Origin: Minisyncoccota bacterium
GTDB taxonomy: Bacteria; Patescibacteriota; Minisyncoccia; Phycocordibacterales; JABAAK01
Length of the DNA stretch: 64,000 nt
Assembly (NCBI GenBank): GCA_965216295.1
Contig: OZ244141.1
Location: 225,819-289,818, forward strand
Reading direction: 5' to 3'
Positions 11,630-20,218 of the stretch are shown here, one piece after another. Within the stretch, counting starts at the first letter, position 1, and each line of letters begins with the position of its first letter. The notes below the pieces were generated by a model. That model was not told where the DNA came from. It ran no database searches and saw only the letters and a program-made list of their open reading frames with translations. The position numbers and the translations under genes were made by a program.

Positions 11630-12559
11630 TCAAATACGCCCTCGATTGCCACGTCGTAGAGGAAGTAAGTGTTTTTTCACCCATTCCACACGTGTCCTCG
11701 TGTTACACGAACACCGCTCTCGACGATCAATATACTTGAGAATTTCTCTAGCATCATATTGAATTTTTTCCAGTGGTTCATTACTGACACAAGAGGGATA
11801 AGAATCAAGTTTTCGTAAATAAGTACTACTCACTCCAAAGGTAAAATCACAAGGAATCATTATGGTTTGAGATTCAATGTAACGCTCAAACATCCCAAAG
11901 GGCCTATCATTACTATCACGAAGTGAAGAATCAAGCTTTTTCAACTCATCTTCACGAATATCGCCAGAATGATATTGGAGAAATGCCTCTTTCCTTGCAT
12001 CCTTAGCCGCGAGTGCTGAGTAAGACAGAAATGAAAAGACGTGACGAGGCAGTTTCGTATAAGCAATGGGTGATTCCTCAAACCAAGCAATTAATGCGAC
12101 AGGGAAGTGAATAGTCCCATCCATCGCTCTTTTGCCTAATTTGAATGGCTGATAAGAGAAAACGCAATTAAAGTCCTTATTGCACTTACTACTCCCTTTA
12201 TTAGCAACATCATTCCATGCTAGTTGATCAATTTCTTCAAGTCCTTGATAGAAATCGTACAATTTCTTTGACATAGAAATCAAATCTTTCAGAACTTTTT
12301 TCATACGATCAGTATGAAACAGTTCGTTATCATCAGTAACGTTCTGAATGATAGAAGAGAATTTTGAAAAAGTGATGATGTGTTGAATCAAATCACTCCT
12401 TAAAACTACCTTATGACGTCTCGCGGCGAGTTTTTTATGAATAGGACCATCCTTCATAAGTAAATCGCTGGTATGAAGAAATGTATAAACATTACTCAAC
12501 CAACCATATACCAGTTCCTCACTTTTGCGTAAACGATTACTCGTTGTTTTATATTCCAT
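11630..12559 (-). CDS. Hypothetical protein (309 aa).
   Basis: Long clean ORF with no recognised motif. An imperfect hairpin at 11559-11597 lies downstream. Confidence 0.5.
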   Translation of the reverse strand: MEYKTTSNRLRKSEELVYGWLSNVYTFLHTSDLLMKDGPIHKKLAARRHKVVLRSDLIQHIITFSKFSSIIQNVTDDNELFHTDRMKKVLKDLISMSKKLYDFYQGLEEIDQLAWNDVANKGSSKCNKDFNCVFSYQPFKLGKRAMDGTIHFPVALIAWFEESPIAYTKLPRHVFSFLSYSALAAKDARKEAFLQYHSGDIREDELKKLDSSLRDSNDRPFGMFERYIESQTIMIPCDFTFGVSSTYLRKLDSYPSCVSNEPLEKIQYDAREILKYIDRRERCSCNTRTRVEWVKKHLLPLRRGNRGRI

Positions 12560-12660
12560 ATAAACCTCCTATGGTGTGATGGGTGTAAAAAAACAAAAAC
12601 CCTAATATGTTTTACCATATCAGGGAATCGCAATCAGTATACAGGTACGTGTACTATATA

Positions 12661-14064
12661 TCAAATAGTATCTTTGTCTGGTTGTGGTGGTACAGCAATA
12701 CCGAGTTCTCGAAGTGTCTCTGGTGCAATGGTTCCTGGTGCACCAACGGTGAGATCTTTTGCTTCGCCAGTTTTGGGAAACGCAATCACCTCTCGGATAC
12801 TCTTTTCGTTTTGTAGTAGGGCAAGAAGTCGATCAATGCCAACAGCAATACCACCGTGTGGCGGTGCTCCATAGGTTAGTGCTTGTAGGAGATGAGAGAA
12901 CTGTGCGTCAATAGTTGCTTCAGAGAGACCGAGCAGTTCAAATACTTTCCTTTGCAAATCTGCTTGATGTATACGAATACTACCTCCTGCAACTTCATGG
13001 CCGTTGAGTACTAAGTCGTAGGCGCGTGAAGAGATTGCACGAGGGTTATCTGTGAGCTCTTTACTATCAGTGGTTTTTGGTTGTGTGAAAGGGTGGTGCA
13101 TAGAGGTTAAAGATCCATCTATTTCTTTAAAGAGAGGAAATTCGGTAATCCAACAAAAAGAGAGAAGGTCAGGGTTGTCTGTTTCTCGGAGGTCTGGCTT
13201 GTCACTTTGATAGGTCTCCATCGCTTCTTGATAGGATATGCGGGGAAAGGGTGTTTTTTGTATTTGTTTGGTAGGGAAGACGGTTTGTATCAGTTGAATG
13301 AGTGCTTCTTCAGTGAGTTGCATGATGGTTTCTTCGTCAGGGAATGCCATTTCAAGGTCAAGCTGGGTAAACTCTGGTTGTCGATCTTGCCGCTTATCCT
13401 CATCACGGAAGCAACGAGCAATTTGGAAGTACTTCTCAAAACCAGAAACCATCAGTAATTGCTTGTACTGCTGTGGTGACTGGGGGAGGACAAAGAAAGA
13501 ACCGTGATGAAGTCGTGCTGGAACAACAAACTCTCGTGCACCCTCTGGAGTTCCTTTGGTTAATAGCGGGGTTTCAATTTCTATAAATCCATCATTACTC
13601 AGGAGGTTTCGTAGAAACAAAATAGCCTCATGACGTTTGATGAGATTCTGTCGCATTCTCGTGGAGCGTAGATCAAGGTATCGGTGGGAGAGTCGTACCT
13701 CTTCGGCAACTTCTCTCGTATCAGTATTAATAGGGAACGGGAGAGTTTCTGATGGTGAGAGAACATCAATTGTCTCAGCGACTAATTCAATGGTGCCGAG
13801 TGGTTCTTGATCATTTTTCATTTTTTCCTCTCGCTGTTGCACAACGCCTGAAACAGTAATTGCTGATTCAAGTGAAATGGTAGAGAGGGTGGTTAAGCGT
13901 TCTTTTGTACAGACCACCTGAATGACACCGCTGGCATCCCGTACATCACAGAACCCTACCTGTTTGTGTAATCGTATTCGTGCAACCCATCCCCGTACAA
14001 CGACGTGTTGATTACATTGCTGAAGGCAGGTTGCAATAAGGCTTGGAGACATAGACGAGGACAT
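12661..14064 (-). CDS. aspS: Aspartyl-tRNA synthetase, short form (probably lacking the GAD insertion).
   Basis: The ORF carries class II aaRS motifs: FRDEDKRQDRQPEFTQLDLEMAF (motif 2 region), GGSIRIH, GAPPHGGIAVGIDRLLALL (motif 3) and an N-terminal OB-fold anticodon-binding region. At 467 aa it is well below the ~590 aa of typical bacterial AspRS. Confidence 0.85.
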   Translation of the reverse strand: MSSSMSPSLIATCLQQCNQHVVVRGWVARIRLHKQVGFCDVRDASGVIQVVCTKERLTTLSTISLESAITVSGVVQQREEKMKNDQEPLGTIELVAETIDVLSPSETLPFPINTDTREVAEEVRLSHRYLDLRSTRMRQNLIKRHEAILFLRNLLSNDGFIEIETPLLTKGTPEGAREFVVPARLHHGSFFVLPQSPQQYKQLLMVSGFEKYFQIARCFRDEDKRQDRQPEFTQLDLEMAFPDEETIMQLTEEALIQLIQTVFPTKQIQKTPFPRISYQEAMETYQSDKPDLRETDNPDLLSFCWITEFPLFKEIDGSLTSMHHPFTQPKTTDSKELTDNPRAISSRAYDLVLNGHEVAGGSIRIHQADLQRKVFELLGLSEATIDAQFSHLLQALTYGAPPHGGIAVGIDRLLALLQNEKSIREVIAFPKTGEAKDLTVGAPGTIAPETLRELGIAVPPQPDKDTI

Positions 14065-14089
14065 TGTAGCAGATAGGAGTGTTTCTCTG

Positions 14090-14884
14090 TTAGAGTACTA
14101 GTAGTAATAGCACTCCTGCGAGGATTATCTGGTAGAGCGCAAAAGGGAGCAGTCCCACTCGTTCAACAAAGGTCAAAAACAGATGTATCACAGAGAGAGC
14201 GATGAGGTAGGTGAGAGGAAATCCGAGTATTACGAAAAGAGAGTCAAAGACAATAGTTGTGTCAGGGATCATCACGAGAGAAACAACGAGGGCACCGAAG
14301 ATGGTAGGGATGGCAAGGAGAAAAGAAAAACGAGTTGCTTCTTTTCGTGAGAGTCCAACGAGGCACCCAGTTGCAATAGTTATACCAGAGCGTGAGACAC
14401 CAGGAAAGAGTGCAAACGCTTGGGAGATACCGATGATACTTGCTCTTGATGTGCTAAGTGTTTCCCCCCACGCTGTCATATTTTTTGACGATGTATACCT
14501 TTCAGCAATCAAAAACAGCATGCTAGTGAAAAGAAGAAAGAGTGCGAGTATTGTTGTACTGGTGATACCCGCAATGGTGCTGTAGAAGAGAAATCCCATA
14601 AGAGCGCCAGGGATGGTTGCGAGAAGTAAGAGAACGAGTTCTTGCCTCGATTGGGTATCACGGCGAGATACCAGTGCAACTGAGAAACGAAAAAGGTCTT
14701 TTGCAAAGTAGGTCACCAGAGCAAGGAGGGTAGCGGTGTGGAGGACAATGATAAACCAGAGTGCAGGAGGCTCTATCGTTAAAAACGATGGAATGATGAC
14801 GAGGTGTGCTGAACTCGAAATGGGGAGAAATTCAGTGATACCTTGAATGACACTCAAAAGGATGATGGTAGAGAAAACATCCAT
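14090..14884 (-). CDS. uppP: Undecaprenyl-diphosphatase.
   Basis: The N-terminal signature VIQGITEFLPISSSAHL is present and there are 8 predicted TM helices. BacA/UppP family. Confidence 0.85.
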   Translation of the reverse strand: MDVFSTIILLSVIQGITEFLPISSSAHLVIIPSFLTIEPPALWFIIVLHTATLLALVTYFAKDLFRFSVALVSRRDTQSRQELVLLLLATIPGALMGFLFYSTIAGITSTTILALFLLFTSMLFLIAERYTSSKNMTAWGETLSTSRASIIGISQAFALFPGVSRSGITIATGCLVGLSRKEATRFSFLLAIPTIFGALVVSLVMIPDTTIVFDSLFVILGFPLTYLIALSVIHLFLTFVERVGLLPFALYQIILAGVLLLLVL

Positions 14885-14980
14885 ACATGGTCAGTATACG
14901 TGTCTTTTGTTGGTTTGTGAGTGGGTATATGTGTTTTTACCCGAACGTTTTGATGGAATAGGGATTCTTGCTGTTTTTCA

Positions 14981-16072
14981 GTGCTCCATGCTATACTTTC
15001 AGGCATGACATCAAGAAGCATTACGTTAGTAGTAATTGTTGTAGTTGTTGCAATTCTCCTTCTTGCCGTTCGATTTGGTAGTTATGATGCTACGACATCG
15101 GAAAAAGAGACAGGATCTTCTTACTTTATCGGTGGTGATCTCTATGCAGCCGATAGCGAACTCTTGAATTTCAATGAATTTGTGCAAGGTGACCTTTTTG
15201 CTGCAACAAGTGGCGATGTAGTGATTGCAGGTGGTGTATTGCATGATGTGAACGCCATTGCAAACGATGTAGTCATCAGCAGTAACGTTGGTGATGATAT
15301 TCGAGTTGTTGCCGATACGCTTACTATCTCCCAAGATGTGGTTGATTCAGTATTGTTTTTCGGTGAGACACTCATTTTAGAACCAGGATCAAGTGTGCGG
15401 GGTAATATTGTTGGGCTGGGTGACAGTCTTGTTGTAAAAGGAACTGTTCTTGGAGATATTACGTTTACTGGTAAATCAGTGACACTCACTGACACTGCCG
15501 TTGTTGTTGGATCACTCTACGCTGATGTTCCATCAGGAGACAAATTGCTTGTTGCACAAGGAGCACAGGTTGGGTATGTGAAGACGAAGGTTGTGACTGA
15601 GGATTCACCAGAAAAGAAAGGGGAATACCTTGATTTCATTTGGTACCTCGTGGCAGTGACACTCTTTGGACTTCTCCTTGGATTATTATTTGGTGGACGA
15701 TTTACCACCTACCGTGAGGTTCGTGACGAACCATTAAACTCATTTGCCATTGGTCTTTCCGCGATACTTCTGACCCTTCCTATTGTTATCCTTATGTACC
15801 TCTTATTTGGTAGTGTGGTAGGGACACTGGCACTGTTTCTCTATGGAGGACTGTTTGCGTTTGCCGCACTCGTCTTGCCACTCTTTATCGGTGAGATGAT
15901 ACAGCATGCGGTGAGAAGTAGTATCCTACCGTTCTATGGGTATACCGCAATTGCAGGTGCAATCATTGGTCTTTTGTTGTACAGCATCTACCTTTCAGTT
16001 CTCTTGCCTATCGCTATGATTTTTATCCTCGGTGTGGTAATCAAGAAGTGTTACTATCAGGTGAGGGAGTAG
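14981..16072 (+). CDS. Membrane protein with a bactofilin-like (polymer-forming, beta-helical) repeat domain.
   Basis: N-terminal TM helix. The central ~170 aa contain repetitive short beta-strand motifs (GDVVIAGGVLHDVNAIANDVVISSNVGDDIRVVADTLTIS...VRGNIVGLGDSLVVKGTVLGDITFTGKSVTL). There are 3-4 C-terminal TM helices. The start is GTG at 14981 or ATG at 15005. Confidence 0.45.
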   Translation: MLHAILSGMTSRSITLVVIVVVVAILLLAVRFGSYDATTSEKETGSSYFIGGDLYAADSELLNFNEFVQGDLFAATSGDVVIAGGVLHDVNAIANDVVISSNVGDDIRVVADTLTISQDVVDSVLFFGETLILEPGSSVRGNIVGLGDSLVVKGTVLGDITFTGKSVTLTDTAVVVGSLYADVPSGDKLLVAQGAQVGYVKTKVVTEDSPEKKGEYLDFIWYLVAVTLFGLLLGLLFGGRFTTYREVRDEPLNSFAIGLSAILLTLPIVILMYLLFGSVVGTLALFLYGGLFAFAALVLPLFIGEMIQHAVRSSILPFYGYTAIAGAIIGLLLYSIYLSVLLPIAMIFILGVVIKKCYYQVRE

Positions 16073-16143
16073 CATACCAGCTGTTTGAAAGTTTTGGTTA
16101 AGGAATAATGGTATATTTTAGTATTTCTGCTATACTGGAGCAC

Positions 16144-16599
16144 ATGGTAAAGAAAAATATCTTTTTTGTTGGTATCGGTATTGTTGTGTTACTTGTGCTC
16201 GCACTAGTTGTCACACCATATGTACATTTTTCAGGGTCCATAGGACGTGTTAACCAGGCAATTGCTCTCTATGAAAAACTTGGGGTAGCATCTGCTTTTG
16301 CAGAACTAAATGACCCTACCAAATCATTAGATGGTGACAAATATGTCTTTGTCTTTAGGAAAAGTGATGGTGTTATCGTTGTGAATCCCGCGAGGAAAGA
16401 GTTTGTTGGACAGAGAGTGCAAGATTTAAACGATGATAGTGGTTACAACTATGGAAGAGAGATATATAACAGTGCGCAGGAGGGAGAAGAATCTGTTGAG
16501 TATAAAATCCTTAATCCTGTAACAAAGAAAGAGCAAGAAAAGAAATCTGTTATTACACTACATGATGGTTACTTCTTTGGTTCTGGAGTATATCAGTAA
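16144..16599 (+). CDS. Membrane-anchored extracytoplasmic protein, possibly a small Cache/PDC-like sensor fold (hypothetical).
   Basis: GGAG sits 4 nt upstream of the ATG at 16144. There is a single N-terminal TM helix followed by a ~120-aa soluble domain. The track start at 16108 has no RBS. Confidence 0.4.
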   Translation: MVKKNIFFVGIGIVVLLVLALVVTPYVHFSGSIGRVNQAIALYEKLGVASAFAELNDPTKSLDGDKYVFVFRKSDGVIVVNPARKEFVGQRVQDLNDDSGYNYGREIYNSAQEGEESVEYKILNPVTKKEQEKKSVITLHDGYFFGSGVYQ

Positions 16600-16704
16600 A
16601 GGTATACAGTTCCGATATTTGATTTTAGATATATCACTCACTTTTAATACGACTGTGATACCTCTTTCTCAAAACACACGACAGATTATGTTACAACAAA
16701 CAAA

Positions 16705-18126
16705 ATGAAAACAACTAGGCAGTCATATACCAAAGGAATACGATCACGTGGAGGTTCTTCTAATACACGAAACCGTGGCAGTCATTCTCGTACAGATAGG
16801 TCTCCACGAAGAGATCATTCATCAAGAACAGGTGGTTCTTCTTTTTCAAGACCCGGGAGTCATCGTAGACGAGATGGTGGTGAGAGGAGAGGTTCTTTTT
16901 CAAGACAAGGTGGCGATAGTCGTCGTCGGGATGGTGAGCGTCGGTTTGGAGGAAACAGAGGTGGCAGTAGAGGGGGTGGTAGCAGAGGCAGAGGCGGTGG
17001 ACGAAAGATGCCAACGTTTAACCCGTCAGATTTTATCAATGAAACTCCTAAGAAGGTGAAAGGTGAGGAGAAGTGTATTATACAAAATACTTTTAAAACG
17101 TTTGGGCTGGATAGTCGGTTAGTAAAGACCATTGGCATGCTCAGGATGACGGTTCCCACACCAATACAAGATCAAATCATTCCTCATATTTTGGATAACA
17201 GAGATGTTATCGCGTTGGCTGAAACAGGAACAGGAAAGACAGCTGCTTTTTTGATACCGTTGATAGAAAAGACTATTAAAAATATAGAGCACAAGACACT
17301 GGTTCTTGTGCCGACTCGGGAATTGGCAATGCAGGTGAGTAAAGAGTTATTTGGTTTAACAAAAAACCTTCATATGCACTCCGTTGTGTGTGTTGGGGGT
17401 GTGGATATACGGCCTCAGATACGAGGTCTCTCACGTTCACACCAATTTGTTATCGCAACACCAGGACGAGCAATTGATCTTCTCAAAAAGAGGCACATTC
17501 ATCCGGAGAACTTTAAAACAGTGGTTCTCGATGAGGCGGATCGAATGCTTGATATGGGATTCATAGGAGATATGCGAACAATACTTGAGAAGACACCGAA
17601 AGATAGAGAGACACTCTTCTTCTCTGCGACTATGGTTCCTGCTGCGAAGAAGCTCTCTGATGATTTTTTGAATAATCCTGTCACCGTTTCTGTGAAACAG
17701 TGTGATGTGACAGAGAACATTGAACAGAGTGTTGTAACCTATAGTCATAATAGTAAGTTTGAAACCTTACTTGAGTTACTGTTAGATAGTGACGAGTTCA
17801 AGCGTGTGTTGGTATTTGGATCTATGAAACATAGTGTTCAAAAGCTAGCAGAGCAGTTGAATCATAATAATGTTCCTGCAGAGTCAATACATGGCAACAA
17901 GAGTCACGGTCATAGGCAACGGGCGTTGAAGAATTTTAAAGATGGAAAGGTGCGAGTTATCGTTGCTACCGATGTTGTTGCACGAGGTATTCATGTTGAT
18001 GCTATATCGCATGTCATTAACTATGATCTACCAAATACCTTTGAGGATTATGTGCATAGGATAGGGAGGACTGGTCGTGCGGATAGTCGGGGGAAGGCGA
18101 TAACGTTTGTTCCTGGGCGGGGGTAG
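16705..18126 (+). CDS. DEAD-box ATP-dependent RNA helicase with an N-terminal Arg/Gly/Ser-rich low-complexity extension.
   Basis: The motifs are Q (TPIQ), I (AETGTGKT), Ia (PTRELA), II (DEAD in VLDEADRML), III (SAT) and VI (HRIGRTGRA). The first ~100 aa are RGG/RS-like (RRDGGERRGSFSRQGGDSRRRDGERRFGGNRGGSRGGGSRGRGGGRK). Confidence 0.9.
   Translation: MKTTRQSYTKGIRSRGGSSNTRNRGSHSRTDRSPRRDHSSRTGGSSFSRPGSHRRRDGGERRGSFSRQGGDSRRRDGERRFGGNRGGSRGGGSRGRGGGRKMPTFNPSDFINETPKKVKGEEKCIIQNTFKTFGLDSRLVKTIGMLRMTVPTPIQDQIIPHILDNRDVIALAETGTGKTAAFLIPLIEKTIKNIEHKTLVLVPTRELAMQVSKELFGLTKNLHMHSVVCVGGVDIRPQIRGLSRSHQFVIATPGRAIDLLKKRHIHPENFKTVVLDEADRMLDMGFIGDMRTILEKTPKDRETLFFSATMVPAAKKLSDDFLNNPVTVSVKQCDVTENIEQSVVTYSHNSKFETLLELLLDSDEFKRVLVFGSMKHSVQKLAEQLNHNNVPAESIHGNKSHGHRQRALKNFKDGKVRVIVATDVVARGIHVDAISHVINYDLPNTFEDYVHRIGRTGRADSRGKAITFVPGRG
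18091..18126. repeat. Imperfect direct repeat (left copy) at the 3' end of the helicase gene. Its partner is at 18537-18572.
   Basis: gggaaggcgataacgtttgttcctgggcggggg aligns with ggggaaagtgcgataacgtttgttctggggag. Confidence 0.6.
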
Positions 18127-18138
18127 TTTTGAGGGTGT

Positions 18139-18492
18139 ATGGTGAAAATAAAAATGAACGCTAAAGATAGGAGAGAGATAGCGATTGCTGTAGGCGTGTT
18201 GGCATTGAGTTTGCCAGTGGGTATTGTATCAGGTGTATTTTCTAATTTATTTGTTATAATTATACAAAATTTGTCGGAGGAGGGGCAACTTGTTGCAATT
18301 TGGTTTTTTCTCTTCTTGTTTTTTGAGATTTTACTTCTTACCTTCTCTATAATTAAAATATTAATAAAAGGAGATGATGATGGAGAATTTGAAAGTAATC
18401 CTTTGAAAAATTTTTGGACCTGGAAGAAGCAATTTTATTCCATGTTTTTAACGATAGTTGCAGGACTAATATTTATGGGGATTAATAATTAA
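18139..18492 (+). CDS. Small hydrophobic membrane protein (hypothetical, 117 aa), flanked by the direct repeats.
   Basis: Three TM-like segments and an AT-rich sequence. Confidence 0.4.
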   Translation: MVKIKMNAKDRREIAIAVGVLALSLPVGIVSGVFSNLFVIIIQNLSEEGQLVAIWFFLFLFFEILLLTFSIIKILIKGDDDGEFESNPLKNFWTWKKQFYSMFLTIVAGLIFMGINN

Positions 18493-18536
18493 ATTTCACT
18501 CTGTAACAAAATTAAAAACAATCCGTGGAGGTTAGA

Positions 18537-18572
18537 TGGGGAAAGTGCGATAACGTTTGTTCTGGGGAGTAA
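18537..18572. repeat. Imperfect direct repeat (right copy) of the helicase 3' end.
   Basis: See the feature at 18091-18126. Confidence 0.6.
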
Positions 18573-18605
18573 TTAAATTGCGTTACAGATGTGATATCTG
18601 TGTAA

Positions 18606-19190
18606 TCAACATTCACAAATAAAAACAACCTTACTCCTTATACACTTGTTTAAATTCTCTTTGATTTTTGCTTCATCATAGATTCGTGATGAATTAACTA
18701 TCATTAGGTGTATTTTTGTATGTTTGCAGAATTTTTTTAACCTATCATCTCTCTCTACAGCTTTTTGATATCTATGGCTTCTATCATTCAGTTCAATTAA
18801 AATCTTAATTGGGCATCCCTGCTCCCTAGAGAGGATAACAAAATCAATGTGTCTGCTACGTAGATATCCTCTGTAACGATTAAATTCTTTATCTCCTTTT
18901 TGGGCATTCCATATATCTTCCCATCTGACTTTAGATACAAGCTCATATTCTGGCTTTTCATTTATAATAGAATATAAGATCTTGTATAACTTATATTCGT
19001 TAGCGGTAAAAAAATAATCTTTAAGTGTTATTGGAATAGATTCGTGTTTTTGGATTGGAAAAACACCCTTAGATGGATCATACAAGGTTTCACTAGAATA
19101 ATTTATGGATTTATGTTTAAATAATATGCGTGTGAATACCCAAAATGCTACGGCAATCAGAATCCCAAAAAAGATAACATCTCCAATCAT
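18606..19190 (-). CDS. Membrane-anchored DUF2726-like / restriction-endonuclease-fold protein.
   Basis: N-terminal TM helix. The C-terminal HIDFVIL...KILIELND..SH resembles the (h)DF(v)l...aIE(l)DG..H core of the DUF2726/DUF559 (Vsr-like) PD-(D/E)xK folds. Confidence 0.45.
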   Translation of the reverse strand: MIGDVIFFGILIAVAFWVFTRILFKHKSINYSSETLYDPSKGVFPIQKHESIPITLKDYFFTANEYKLYKILYSIINEKPEYELVSKVRWEDIWNAQKGDKEFNRYRGYLRSRHIDFVILSREQGCPIKILIELNDRSHRYQKAVERDDRLKKFCKHTKIHLMIVNSSRIYDEAKIKENLNKCIRSKVVFICEC

Positions 19191-19242
19191 ACTTACATTG
19201 TATCAAATATTATGTTTATAAGAATAAATCTAAGACTCTAAA

Positions 19243-20049
19243 ATGGTAGAATGGGGCATGAGTAATGGGGTGAATTTTTCTAATTTAGATAAATACAACT
19301 TGTGTTTACTTGACACTAACTTTATTAGTACCATTGTAAAGTCGCAACTTAACAAGAGTTCAGACATAAGAATAACTAGGGAATTATTAAAGCAACACAT
19401 AAAACCCGCTAATAATATAATATGCGTATCACCGACTACTATAAAAGAGTTGCGTAGAAATGATCAGATTTATTCTGAATTTAAAATATTTTTTGAAATA
19501 TTCCCATTTTGTATATTATATTCTTTTGATGAAATTATTAATCTGGAAAAAACAAGTAATAATATAACCAAAGAGGATTTAATCTTAACATCAATATCAC
19601 GTTTTAAGAATTATAATCTGTCAGATGTTCTTGATAATGAAAAAGTTATTAAAATACTTGAACAAACGAGAGAGTGGGATAAGTTAATTGCAAAAGATGA
19701 AATTGGATTTTACAGACAGAGCAAATTCATCACAAAAGATAAGTTGCTTAAAGACAGTATTAATAGAATTGCTCATCAGTACGGTATAGAGGTGGAGTGT
19801 ATTACTAGCGAGAGGTACCCAGCTAGACTTTTATTTATTCATAATCAAATTTTTCAATTTAAGAATTCTAATACATATGATGAAAAAATAGCGATTTCAA
19901 ATGCTAATGATCGAATTATTTGTGCTGCAACTCCTTATATGGATAAGGTTTTTATTGAAAATAGGCAAGCAGAATTTTTAAATCAAATGAAAAAACAAGG
20001 TATATTAAATCAAAAAATTGAGATTTATACTATGAGAGATATAAAGTAA
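19243..20049 (+). CDS. PIN-like domain protein with an uncharacterised C-terminal domain (268 aa).
   Basis: An N-terminal LCLLDTNFI motif is followed by acidic residues at PIN-typical spacing (TIKELRR, SFDEII, TKEDLIL). There is no identifiable partner antitoxin. Confidence 0.4.
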   Translation: MVEWGMSNGVNFSNLDKYNLCLLDTNFISTIVKSQLNKSSDIRITRELLKQHIKPANNIICVSPTTIKELRRNDQIYSEFKIFFEIFPFCILYSFDEIINLEKTSNNITKEDLILTSISRFKNYNLSDVLDNEKVIKILEQTREWDKLIAKDEIGFYRQSKFITKDKLLKDSINRIAHQYGIEVECITSERYPARLLFIHNQIFQFKNSNTYDEKIAISNANDRIICAATPYMDKVFIENRQAEFLNQMKKQGILNQKIEIYTMRDIK

Positions 20050-20218
20050 GATAATATACAGAGAAAATAGATTAAACATCTTAAAGCGTTTTTAAAGACG
20101 ATAACATTTGTTTGGTGGAGGGCATAGAATATCTTGGGGATGTTTAAGCAAAATTGTCATTATGTGTAGATTTTACCTCGTGGGTAATAATACCCATAAA
20201 ATGGTATAATCTCATGAC

